Below the pieces are notes generated by a model, which saw nothing but the letters and a program-made list of their open reading frames with translations, ran no database searches and was not told the origin of the DNA. A stretch of DNA of 64,000 bases from Candidatus Omnitrophota bacterium (lineage in GTDB: Bacteria; Omnitrophota; Gorgyraeia; B26-G9): assembly GCA_018817165.1 (NCBI GenBank), contig JAHITY010000072.1, positions 49,164-113,163 on the forward strand. Reading direction: 5' to 3'. Of this stretch, positions 42,137-50,913 are shown one piece after another. Position 1 is the stretch's first letter. Each line of letters starts with the position of its first letter. Made by a program: the position numbers and the translations under genes.

Positions 42137-42304
42137 TTAGGAATATTTTTTTGTGCCGCGGATACAGCTTATGCTCAGAGAAATATTAGCAGCACTAACA
42201 CATTTGGCACAGCCTAAGGCATTAATTTCATAAATTTCCCGAGTATCGACGCGTGGCGGCTGATACTTTTTTTTCTGCTCTGATTTCTTGTCTTTTTTAT
42301 CCAT
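42137..42304 (-). CDS. Putative RiPP precursor peptide, 55 aa: MDKKDKKSEQKKKYQPPRVDTREIYEINALGCAKCVSAANISLSISCIRGTKKYS
   Basis: Hand translation (below the ORF-track cutoff); KKKYxPP RRE-binding leader motif, core with 3 Cys, C-terminal Ser; own promoter-like sequence upstream. Confidence 0.8.
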   Translation of the reverse strand: MDKKDKKSEQKKKYQPPRVDTREIYEINALGCAKCVSAANISLSISCIRGTKKYS

Positions 42305-42311
42305 GTTTTTT

Positions 42312-42340
42312 ATTATACATTATTTGGGAATATTCAACAA
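42312..42340 (-). promoter_or_regulatory. Sigma70-type promoter of the precursor gene (probably leaderless)
   Basis: TTGTTG-N17-TATAAT ending 7 nt before the ATG at 42304; no SD. Confidence 0.55.
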
Positions 42341-42341
42341 A

Positions 42342-44123
42342 CTATTTTTTCACTGGTTGATCCTGATGGGTTTTTCTGGTTTTATTTTTTGTTTTCTTTT
42401 TGGTCTTTTTTTGTGAGTCAGGATTAACCACAGTTTCTACTGCTGCTTTTAATTCTTCTGTGGTCTGCGCTTGTCCGATTATATTCAGTTTATCTTTAGA
42501 AGCTTGAGTCATTTCCTGAAGTTCTTTGATGCTTTTAAGGATTGTCGGGCTGAGGAAAATAAGCAATTCTGTTTTTAATGTTGTTTTTTCGGTTTTCTTA
42601 AATAAATTTCCAATAAAAGGAATATCGCCAAGTAAAGGTACTTTATTTTCAATAATGCTATCATTGTCGCGCATTAATCCGCCAAGAACAACAGTATGGC
42701 CATCAGGAACCATTACAGTGGCATCAGCTTCCCGCTTATTGATTATGCTGGCATCAAATAATGTTTTAGCGCTCAAGTCTTTTAATTCAGCATGCACTTT
42801 TAAATTAACAAATCCATCTTGACTTATTCGGGGCGTGACTTTAAGGCCTAGGCCAACATCTTGATATTTGAAATTAACAGTAGTGACATTATTTACCAAA
42901 TCAGTGACTGATGATTCAATGATTGGAATTTCCTGTCCTACAGTGATAGATGATTCCTGATTATTAGAGGCTAAAATCCGGGGGGTGGAAAGCACTTTTG
43001 TGTTTTCCTGAGTTTTTAAAATAAAGCCTAAAAGATTCGTCCGTTCATTTTGATTTAAAATTCGATAAGTGAATCCTTGAGTCGAGGCTTCAGTGGATAA
43101 ATTAAGCAGGGAGTGAAAGATGTTTTGATCCTTGCTACCGCTTTTAATTCCTTCGGTTGTCAGCGTGGGGTTAGTTGAAGACGCGTATTCAACTCCCATG
43201 GTCAGGTCATCGCTGAGGGTGACATCCATCAGGATGACTTCAATCATTGCCTGAGGAGGGAAAACATCAAGTTTTGTGATCAAACGCTCAATCGCCGGAA
43301 AATTAACCAAAGCAGTAGCTACTACTATTGAATTTGTTTCTTCTTCGGAATAAGCTTCAATCGCGCCAAAAATTTCTAAAGGAATATCGCCTAAGCCCAG
43401 CTCGCTAAATTCCGGGTATCTGGCATCTTTATCTTCTTTGGACAGATCATTTAATATTTTAGAAATTTTAACAGCATCGCCATAATTAACTACAAAGGTT
43501 TTAACCTGCATGCTTGCTGGCAGAGGCCGGTCGATTTGCGAGATAATAGTAGCTAAACGTTTAATATTAGAAGAAGTATCTGTAATTACTATAGTATTTG
43601 TCCGCTCATTAGCCAGGATATTGCCATGTTTGCCGATTAAGGATTGGAGCTCATTTTTAATTTTGATCGCTGAAGAGTATTTTAGAGGCATTACTTGAGT
43701 GATAACAATATCCTGATCTTTTATAAATCCCGGCCAGCTTCCGACTTGGACTTCAACGCTTGATTGCTTAATGTCAGCTACCGGGACAATTTTCAAAGTT
43801 TCTCCTGACTTTATGACTGTAAATCCGCGGATCATTAGCGCGCTTTCCAACACATTTATTACTGTTTCAGGTTTTACTTTTTCCATGCTTACTATGGAGA
43901 TAGTTCCTTTAAGATTTTCATTGGGAATTATTATTGTACCGGTTAAATCGCCTAATACCTTAATTGCTTGATTTATATCCGTATCTTGGAAGCTCAAAGA
44001 AATTAGATTTTCAGACTCAGGGTTGTTTTCAGAAGTTTCCCTGTATTCCTGGGAAAAAATATTCACTGGATTGGAAAAAAGTAAGAGAAAAATCCCGATA
44101 CAGATTAATTTATAATATTTCAT
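42342..44123 (-). CDS. gspD: Type II secretion secretin GspD
   Basis: N0/N domains (ERTNTIVI), QAMIEVIL, VLSTP..NNQES..VGQEIP, KVPLLGDIPFIG.LF. Confidence 0.93.
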   Translation of the reverse strand: MKYYKLICIGIFLLLFSNPVNIFSQEYRETSENNPESENLISLSFQDTDINQAIKVLGDLTGTIIIPNENLKGTISIVSMEKVKPETVINVLESALMIRGFTVIKSGETLKIVPVADIKQSSVEVQVGSWPGFIKDQDIVITQVMPLKYSSAIKIKNELQSLIGKHGNILANERTNTIVITDTSSNIKRLATIISQIDRPLPASMQVKTFVVNYGDAVKISKILNDLSKEDKDARYPEFSELGLGDIPLEIFGAIEAYSEEETNSIVVATALVNFPAIERLITKLDVFPPQAMIEVILMDVTLSDDLTMGVEYASSTNPTLTTEGIKSGSKDQNIFHSLLNLSTEASTQGFTYRILNQNERTNLLGFILKTQENTKVLSTPRILASNNQESSITVGQEIPIIESSVTDLVNNVTTVNFKYQDVGLGLKVTPRISQDGFVNLKVHAELKDLSAKTLFDASIINKREADATVMVPDGHTVVLGGLMRDNDSIIENKVPLLGDIPFIGNLFKKTEKTTLKTELLIFLSPTILKSIKELQEMTQASKDKLNIIGQAQTTEELKAAVETVVNPDSQKKTKKKTKNKTRKTHQDQPVKK

Positions 44124-44737
44124 TTTGTCCCCCTAGTGCCAGATCTTATTTGCTGGATTGTATTTGCTCTTAAAGTTGGTGGTGATAAATCTTCTTCCAT
44201 AATAACAGGTTCTTGTTCAATATTGATTTCTGTTTTTTCAGTGGTAGGTTCTGAATTTTTTTGCTGAGCAGCTTGCTGGAGTTTTAATTCAAAGTCTTTT
44301 CCATCTTTTTGAATGATTATCTTATTTAGCATGATCGATTTAACGGTATAATCTTCAATAGCTTCATTAACCGAAACATAAAATCCCTTTTTTGTGCTTT
44401 TTTGCTCGACGATTGCTTTATAACCGTTTTTAATTTCAATAACTCCGGTGAGAATTAGATCTAAGCTGTCTTTTTCCTGTTTTATGTTTGTTTCAATTGG
44501 AATTGATCCAATTTCCGGTTGATCTTTTTTGGGGCGAAAAAAATTTCGCTGCTCAATAACTTTGTAATAATTGAAGGAGGCATCTTCATCAACCAGCAAG
44601 GCTGAATCAGTTGTCTGGGCATAACAGCAGCAAGATACAAGACACAAGACACAAGACACAAGAGTTGATAGTGTAAAATTTACAAAAAACGATTTCCGGT
44701 CTGCAGTTTGTGTGCTGTGAGTTATGGACTGATTCAT
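44120..44737 (-). CDS. GspC/PilP-like T2SS accessory protein
   Basis: N-terminal hydrophobic anchor, RNFFRP, LILTGVI..AIVE HR-domain-like motif; position upstream of gspD. Confidence 0.7.
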   Translation of the reverse strand: MNQSITHSTQTADRKSFFVNFTLSTLVSCVLCLVSCCCYAQTTDSALLVDEDASFNYYKVIEQRNFFRPKKDQPEIGSIPIETNIKQEKDSLDLILTGVIEIKNGYKAIVEQKSTKKGFYVSVNEAIEDYTVKSIMLNKIIIQKDGKDFELKLQQAAQQKNSEPTTEKTEINIEQEPVIMEEDLSPPTLRANTIQQIRSGTRGTK

Positions 44738-44739
44738 GT

Positions 44740-45264
44740 TTACTGCTCCTTTAAAAATATAGTTGATATAATTAAATGACCTTTTAATAAAGCGGAACGC
44801 TCTGATTTTGGCTGCAGACTTAAGCGGTTGGCAACTAAGACAACTGATGATTTGCGCATTTCGTAGAGAAATCGGACAATATTTCCCAAATTAGCTTCCA
44901 TATTAATTTCCACGGATAATTCATTGGAAAAACCTAATTCTCTTAAAGGCTGAGGGTTCATTGATTCAATGTGGATGTTTGTTTTTCTGGCAACTTCTCC
45001 AATGGCGGTTAGAAAATTACTTTGGCCTCGCTCGGAGGGGAGTTTAGCCTGAATTTTTTTGTTCATGTTAGAATATGACTGATTCAGTGCTTCTTTTTGT
45101 TGAATGATTTTTCGGCTTTTTTCGAGCAAAGCCAGCTTTTGGTTTATCTGAGTTTTTTGTTCGTTTGATTTTCTAAGAAAAGGGCTGATTATAGAAATAT
45201 AAACCAGGCAAAGAGCAGCGATGCTGGCAATTATGAGTATAAGTTTTTTATTTTTTAGCCACAT
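44740..45264 (-). CDS. pilO: PilO/GspM-like inner-membrane protein
   Basis: TM, coiled coil and ferredoxin-like domain (FL..I.EVAR...IVRFLYEM). Confidence 0.75.
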   Translation of the reverse strand: MWLKNKKLILIIASIAALCLVYISIISPFLRKSNEQKTQINQKLALLEKSRKIIQQKEALNQSYSNMNKKIQAKLPSERGQSNFLTAIGEVARKTNIHIESMNPQPLRELGFSNELSVEINMEANLGNIVRFLYEMRKSSVVLVANRLSLQPKSERSALLKGHLIISTIFLKEQ

Positions 45265-45265
45265 A

Positions 45266-47080
45266 TTAGTTTGCCTCTTTATTTTTTATTTTACTAATAA
45301 TTTCAAAATCAATTATTTCTTCACCCGGCAGCCCTTTTTTTCGGGTAAATAAAATTTTCACATCAGCAAAGAAGGACGAGTCATTTAAAAGTTGAGAAAA
45401 ATTAACTACTGATGAATGTGATTGGGCTATGCCTGATAAAATTACCGATTCGTTTTTTTCAAAAGTAAAATTATCGATCATAATGTCATATGGGGCAATT
45501 ATGCTTATTTCCCGTAAGATTTCCATGCAGGAATTATTAGCACCGACATAGTCTTCGATTGTTTGGATTCTGTCTTTTAATTGCGATACAATTAATAAAT
45601 CAGGTTCTAAGGCCTGTAGTTGTTTGTCGAGAGCTTTTAGACGATTATTATTTAAAGATAATAGCCAGGCCGGTAATGCGAATAAAGATATGAGCGCAAA
45701 CAGGCAAACCGCTATGTAGGTAATTTGTTTTATTTTTAAATTTTTAGCTTTTTTTGCGTGTTTAATATCTTCCGGGACAAGATTTAAATTTAAATATCCA
45801 GTATTCGGTTCTTTTTTTATTAGTCCGGTACAAAGCTGAAATTCTTGAGCGTGCTTTTCGTAATTATTGATTACCGCGGGGTTGCCATCGAAGGTCAGGG
45901 GTTTTTCCATGACAATTTTTACTTTTAGTTTTTCTCTTAAATACTCATTGAAATTTATCAAGCAAGCTCCGCCGCCACTTAAATTAAGCTGCTGAATGTC
46001 GATTTTTCCGGTATTTATCTGGAAGGATTCCAACGTGCGATTGATTTCTAATATAAGATCATCTGCCCATTTAGTTGATATTGAAGAAATATTTTTTTGA
46101 ATTTCATTAGTGTCTTGTTTTGTAATAATAATTCCATTTTCGTGCTTTAATTTTTGAGCATTATCAAAACTGAGATTAAGATTCTTACTCAGACGGAGAG
46201 TTAAATCTTTTGATCCCCAGGTAATATTTCGGCAAAAGCTAAGTTGATTGTTATTAATAATATTTATATCAGTATATGTTGCTCCAATATGGACTTGGAG
46301 ATAAATGCCTTGTTTTCTGTTTTTAGATAATGAACAGTTGTAAAGGGCAATAGAACTTGCTTTGATGCTATCAGGATATAAATTTAATGTTTCAAGCAAA
46401 TCAAGATGATCTTTTATTAACGATTTTTTGGCAGCAATAAGAATTATTTTACTTTCCGGTGACTCTTGAGAAAGAATATTATAATCCATCTCAATCTCAG
46501 AAAGGGGAAACGGTAAATGCTGTTCAGCTTCAAACACGAGCATTTTTTCTATTTCATGTTTTTGGATCGTGGGCAGACTGATGAATTTTACAATCATTGT
46601 GCTTCGGGAAAGCAGGGTATTTATTTTAGAGTTTTTAAATAAAAGATTTTTGGTGAAAGGAAGGATGCTTTTCTTGGTGAAATTATTTAGCTTTTCTACA
46701 GTATTAGTGATAATATTTGGAACCGGGATAAAAATCGCATCTTGCAGGGTAATGTTTTGTTTTTCATACTTTAAAATCAGTATTTTTATGCTGCTTGATC
46801 CGATATCGATGATAATTTGGTTGTCAGTTTTTTGCGCATTAATATTTGCCAAAAAATTATCAATAAATCTAGAGAGTCTATCAGTGTATTTGAGCGGTAC
46901 GCCTTGACTGATTTTTTTAATAAGCTGCAGCTCATCATCAGGAGTGTTAGGCTTTGTCCCTGATTTTTTTTGTTCATCTTTTTGAGTGATATCTACTTGA
47001 TGAAATAGGGCATCAAGGCCTAAGCCTTTAATTTTAGACTTAACAATATCATCTATTTTATCTTTATGCTTATCGTTCAT
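45266..47080 (-). CDS. pilM: PilM-PilN (GspL-like) fusion with an N-terminal extension carrying a ParB-like peptide
   Basis: IDIGSSSIK actin-like fold, FEAEQHLPF, LSGGG, NLNLVP + TM + PilN domain; N-terminal KGLGLDALF. Confidence 0.8.
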   Translation of the reverse strand: MNDKHKDKIDDIVKSKIKGLGLDALFHQVDITQKDEQKKSGTKPNTPDDELQLIKKISQGVPLKYTDRLSRFIDNFLANINAQKTDNQIIIDIGSSSIKILILKYEKQNITLQDAIFIPVPNIITNTVEKLNNFTKKSILPFTKNLLFKNSKINTLLSRSTMIVKFISLPTIQKHEIEKMLVFEAEQHLPFPLSEIEMDYNILSQESPESKIILIAAKKSLIKDHLDLLETLNLYPDSIKASSIALYNCSLSKNRKQGIYLQVHIGATYTDINIINNNQLSFCRNITWGSKDLTLRLSKNLNLSFDNAQKLKHENGIIITKQDTNEIQKNISSISTKWADDLILEINRTLESFQINTGKIDIQQLNLSGGGACLINFNEYLREKLKVKIVMEKPLTFDGNPAVINNYEKHAQEFQLCTGLIKKEPNTGYLNLNLVPEDIKHAKKAKNLKIKQITYIAVCLFALISLFALPAWLLSLNNNRLKALDKQLQALEPDLLIVSQLKDRIQTIEDYVGANNSCMEILREISIIAPYDIMIDNFTFEKNESVILSGIAQSHSSVVNFSQLLNDSSFFADVKILFTRKKGLPGEEIIDFEIISKIKNKEAN

Positions 47081-47837
47081 TGGCTTTTTTATCCACTTCT
47101 TTTGCTAGGGCCATAAACATTTGCGCAGCCGGATTATCCGGAGCATATTGCTGAATGCTTTGTCCGTGAATTTCCGCTTCGGGAATTTTGGGATTGCGAC
47201 AAATTCTGGAACTAAATACTTTTCGGGCAGTAAAATACTCAATGATTGCTTGCGTGATCGAAGAGTGCAAGGGAATTGATTGATCATACATATTAATAAC
47301 TACTCCCATAAAGCGGACATAATGTTCAAGATCATCTTTAACTTTTAAAATTGTGCTCATCAGCATGCTCATCCCTTTTAAAGCGTAACTGCTGGGCTCA
47401 ATCGGAACCAGTAAATCAGTGCTGGCGACAATCGCATTAACTGTGAGTATGCCCAAAGAGGGCGGGCAGTCAATTATGATGTAATCATATTTGGATATTT
47501 CCGGGCGGATAGATTTTCTCAGTTTAAAGGGACGGGAAATATCCGAAGCAAGCTCAGTTTCCGCGCCGGATAGACTGATATTAGCCGGAGCAATAAAAAG
47601 ATTTTTAAGTTGATTGGGAATAATGATATCGCTTAAAGGGATATCATTGAGCAAGGCATCATAAATCGTATTATCCAGTTTATTAGTATTAATACCCAGT
47701 CCATCTGATGAGTTTCCCTGAGGATCTAAGTCTATAACCAAGACTCTGTATCCGAGTACAGCCAGGGAAGCTGATAAATTAATGGTGGTAGTGGTTTTGC
47801 CGACACCACCTTTTTGATTGGTCACAGCAATAATCAT
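47070..47837 (-). CDS. ParA/Soj family ATPase
   Basis: NQKGGVGKTT deviant Walker A, DLDPQGN, IDCPPSLG. Confidence 0.93.
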   Translation of the reverse strand: MIIAVTNQKGGVGKTTTTINLSASLAVLGYRVLVIDLDPQGNSSDGLGINTNKLDNTIYDALLNDIPLSDIIIPNQLKNLFIAPANISLSGAETELASDISRPFKLRKSIRPEISKYDYIIIDCPPSLGILTVNAIVASTDLLVPIEPSSYALKGMSMLMSTILKVKDDLEHYVRFMGVVINMYDQSIPLHSSITQAIIEYFTARKVFSSRICRNPKIPEAEIHGQSIQQYAPDNPAAQMFMALAKEVDKKANER

Positions 47838-48055
47838 TATTGCTCTCTTTTTTTATGTTTATTAAGATCCTGTTTAATTTCCTCAGCAAATAAGGCTTTA
47901 ATCTTTAAAACATCTTCTATTGTATAATAACGCCATTTTTTATCATCGCGTCTGGCTTTGGGCAAAATCCCCCAAGTCTCATAGTTCTTGATGGTTTGAA
48001 TCGAGACATTTAGTTCTTTTGCCAGATTATTTATTTTAAGGTTAACTTTTTTCAT
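47837..48055 (-). CDS. Small MerR-family HTH protein
   Basis: LAKELNVSIQTIKNYE..GIL...R....RYY. Confidence 0.85.
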   Translation of the reverse strand: MKKVNLKINNLAKELNVSIQTIKNYETWGILPKARRDDKKWRYYTIEDVLKIKALFAEEIKQDLNKHKKREQ

Positions 48056-48096
48056 AATTGTTAAATTTAGCGACTTTTGATATTAAACCCAATAAA

Positions 48097-48125
48097 ATAG
48101 TACCTTATTTTGATTATTTTGTCAA
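48097..48125 (-). promoter_or_regulatory. Sigma70-type promoter of the merR-parA-pilMN-pilO-gspC-gspD operon
   Basis: TTGACA-N17-TACTAT. Confidence 0.65.
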
Positions 48126-48184
48126 GAACTTGTTGAGTTTTAAATTTATAAACTTGCACATGGTGTCCTGTAATAACGCGGCCA

Positions 48185-48313
48185 GGCAAAAACACATCTT
48201 TTCGCTAAGCCTGAGCCTGCATCGTGCAGGCCCAGCCGCGCATTCTCACTATTTTGACATCCTTGTCAAAATTACGTTCGAAAGCGCCGCTCAAAGAGAA
48301 TTTTTGCCCAGCG
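48185..48313 (+). repeat. Structured repeat family B, copy 1 (129 bp)
   Basis: Terminal GGCAAAAA/TTTTTGCC with two internal hairpins; other copies at 55475 and 60184. Confidence 0.92.
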
Positions 48314-48377
48314 GAGCGACCGTCAGCTATCAACATTGCGAACTTGTGAAAGATGATGGGGAAATTTTTAAGCTTCT

Positions 48378-48556
48378 CACAAATTTAGGTAAATACGTTT
48401 TGTATTTTTGGGGACCCTTTAGGGCACGAGGACCTGTATGAGCCCTTGCAAAATAAAAGAAAGGCGTTTACGCCAACTTTAAAGGGCGAGTTCCGCAAGT
48501 GCCAAGAATACAAAGCGGATTTACCGTTATTGATGTTTACATCAATAAAATTTGTG
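48378..48556. repeat. Long imperfect palindromic element
   Basis: 24-bp arms 48388-48411 and 48502-48525, inner CCCTTT/AAAGGG stem, extra hairpin 48527-48548. Confidence 0.65.
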
Positions 48557-48593
48557 TCAGCGTAAAATTTGCCTGTTATCTTGTTATCAACTT

Positions 48594-48827
48594 ATCCAAG
48601 GCGGTCTAGAATCAATTATTTATGCTCATTCTCGCATTACGTCCTGTAATGCTCCGAGGATGAATCTCTGATTTTGCCGGTCCTGACAAAATCAGGCTTC
48701 AAACCCGCTAAAATAATTATTCTAGCCCTTTAATAATAAGTTACTAATTACAAATTTTAAGTTTTTGCTTTTTACTATTAGTTATCGACAATCAGCCATT
48801 AGCCCTAAGCTTTTACCTTGTGACCTT
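48594..48827. repeat. Structured intergenic repeat family A, copy 2
   Basis: Matches 8145-8373 with a compensatory stem change. Confidence 0.9.
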
Positions 48828-48844
48828 TGTCCTTTTTAATCACA

Positions 48845-48873
48845 TTGACCGACAGAAGTTATTTTGTTATAAT
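48845..48873 (+). promoter_or_regulatory. Sigma70-type promoter of the gspE operon
   Basis: TTGACC-N17-TATAAT with TGn extension. Confidence 0.7.
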
Positions 48874-48923
48874 CAAATAAAGAAATTATGGACAAAAGGT
48901 AAATCTAAAGGGATGGTCAAAGG

Positions 48924-50642
48924 ATGAGTGTTAATGCCCGTTTTCAGTTTATTACTAATATTTTGGTGGAAAAAGGGATTTTAACCCAAAATAAAGTATC
49001 TGAGTTTCAGGATCGATTTGAGTCAAGTTTTCCAAAAACTCATGAAGAACTTGAAACTTTTATAATCCAAAAAGGACTTGTCAGTGAAAATGATTTGCTG
49101 CTTGCTTATAGCAAACATTTGAATATTCCAATCAAAGATTTAACTCAAATTGAAATTGATCCGCAAGCGATTTCCTTAATCCCGGCAAAATTCGCTAATC
49201 GTAATAAAGTTATTGCTACTGAAAAACAAGGGCTTAATCTTGTGGTAGCAATGCGCAATCCATTTGCTATTCATGTGATTGATGAGCTTAAAGTTTTAAC
49301 AAATTATAAAATCACTTGTGTATTAGCTAGAATTGAAGGGATTGAAACCGCGATTAGAATCCATTATGGGGTTGGCGCAGAGACAGTAGAAACATTGGTT
49401 CTTGCTTCAAAGGAAAATATTCAAGCTGAACAGGCATTATTAAAACAAGGGGCGGAATCGCCTGAAAAAATGGCGGAAAATGCTTCGATTATAAACTATG
49501 TAAATCAGATATTACTTGAAGCTTATCAAAAAAATGCGACGGATATACACATTGAACCTTTTGATAGTAAATTAAGAATTCGCTATCGGATAGATGGAGT
49601 ATTACAGGAAGCTAAGACATCTCCGGATATAAAACAATTGCAGGTGTTTATTATATCCAGGTTGAAAATTATGGCGGGAATTAATATTGCTGAACGCAGA
49701 AGACCTCAGGATGGTAGGTGTAAGGTAAAATTAGCCGGGGAGGATGTAGACCTTAGGCTGTCAACTTTTCCTACTCTTTTTGGTGAAGGCGTAAGCATTC
49801 GTTTATTAAGCAAGAAAATGCTTGATTTTGGAATTAATCAGCTGGGGTTTCCGCAGGAAAGCATAGAAAAACTAAAAGCAATTTTAAAAAAACCAAATGG
49901 GATTATTTTGGTAACCGGACCAACCGGCTGTGGTAAGACAACAACGCTTTATTCTTGTTTGAGTTATATTAATGATACAAAAGTTAATATAATTACTTTG
50001 GAAGACCCGATCGAATATCAGCTTGAAGGGATTAATCAAATCCAGATAAATCCGCAGGTTGATTTGACTTTTGCCACAGGATTGCGGTCAATCCTACGCC
50101 AAGACCCAGATATTATAATGGTGGGGGAAATCCGGGATATTGAAACAGCGCAAATATCTATTCGCGCGGCTTTAACTGGTCATCTTATGTTCAGCACTTT
50201 GCATACAAATGATGCTTTATCATCAATAACCCGATTACTTGATTTAGGCATAGAACCCTACCTGGTAAGCGGAACGGTTAGAGCGGTTATTGCCCAAAGG
50301 TTGGTCAGAAAAATATGCAAACAATGTAAGGTAGAATATAAACCTGAGCGAAATATCCTGGATGCTCTGGGATTTGCCGTGAATACAGATATGATCTTTT
50401 ACAAAGGAACGGGATGCGCTGAATGCAGTGATACGGGATTTAGCGGAAGAATCGGTATTTATGAAATATTGATTGTCGATGAAAAATTAGGAGCTTGTAT
50501 TGTTTCCGGAGGATCGGCTAAACAGTTAAAAGAACAAGCAATTAAAGATAATATGATCAGTTTGAAAATTGATGGCTTAGATAAAGTCAAACAAGGAATA
50601 ACAACTATCGAAGAAGTATTAAGAGTCACGGAACAGGAATAG
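48924..50642 (+). CDS. gspE: GspE/PilB secretion ATPase
   Basis: TDIHIEP, GPTGCGKTT, LRQDPDIIMVGEIRD, tetra-Cys motif. Confidence 0.95.
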   Translation: MSVNARFQFITNILVEKGILTQNKVSEFQDRFESSFPKTHEELETFIIQKGLVSENDLLLAYSKHLNIPIKDLTQIEIDPQAISLIPAKFANRNKVIATEKQGLNLVVAMRNPFAIHVIDELKVLTNYKITCVLARIEGIETAIRIHYGVGAETVETLVLASKENIQAEQALLKQGAESPEKMAENASIINYVNQILLEAYQKNATDIHIEPFDSKLRIRYRIDGVLQEAKTSPDIKQLQVFIISRLKIMAGINIAERRRPQDGRCKVKLAGEDVDLRLSTFPTLFGEGVSIRLLSKKMLDFGINQLGFPQESIEKLKAILKKPNGIILVTGPTGCGKTTTLYSCLSYINDTKVNIITLEDPIEYQLEGINQIQINPQVDLTFATGLRSILRQDPDIIMVGEIRDIETAQISIRAALTGHLMFSTLHTNDALSSITRLLDLGIEPYLVSGTVRAVIAQRLVRKICKQCKVEYKPERNILDALGFAVNTDMIFYKGTGCAECSDTGFSGRIGIYEILIVDEKLGACIVSGGSAKQLKEQAIKDNMISLKIDGLDKVKQGITTIEEVLRVTEQE

Positions 50643-50913
50643 AAACTGTGATATCCTGAAATAGATTTACATAAAACAGAGAACAGAAAAAAATTACTAA
50701 TTTCTAAACTCTAAATAAACTCCAATTACTAAAGTCAAAAAAAACAAAAAGAAAAATAGAGTAAAAAGTTTGTAAAGTTATAAAGGTTGTATCAGCAGAA
50801 AAATTTGCTGATAATCTTTAGTATAGGGGCTGGAGTAGAAAATTGTCCCCGATACATAAAGGCGGTAGAGGAAACTCTATTAGAACAAAATAACAAAAAT
50901 CGAGAAATAATTA

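Noticed and set aside
47070-47837. Chromosome or plasmid partition locus
   Set aside because: No parB, parS palindrome or replication gene nearby; the gene is embedded in the secretion operon
48058-48441. 127-aa ORF (and the similar 81-aa ORF at 55465-55710)
   Set aside because: Their shared sequence is simply the translation of repeat family B; the third copy lies on the opposite strand
50650-50669. TATCCTGAAATAG(A/G)TTTA shared with 38691-38708 as an IS end
   Set aside because: Only ~18 bp, both in the same orientation, with no associated transposase or target duplication; too weak to call
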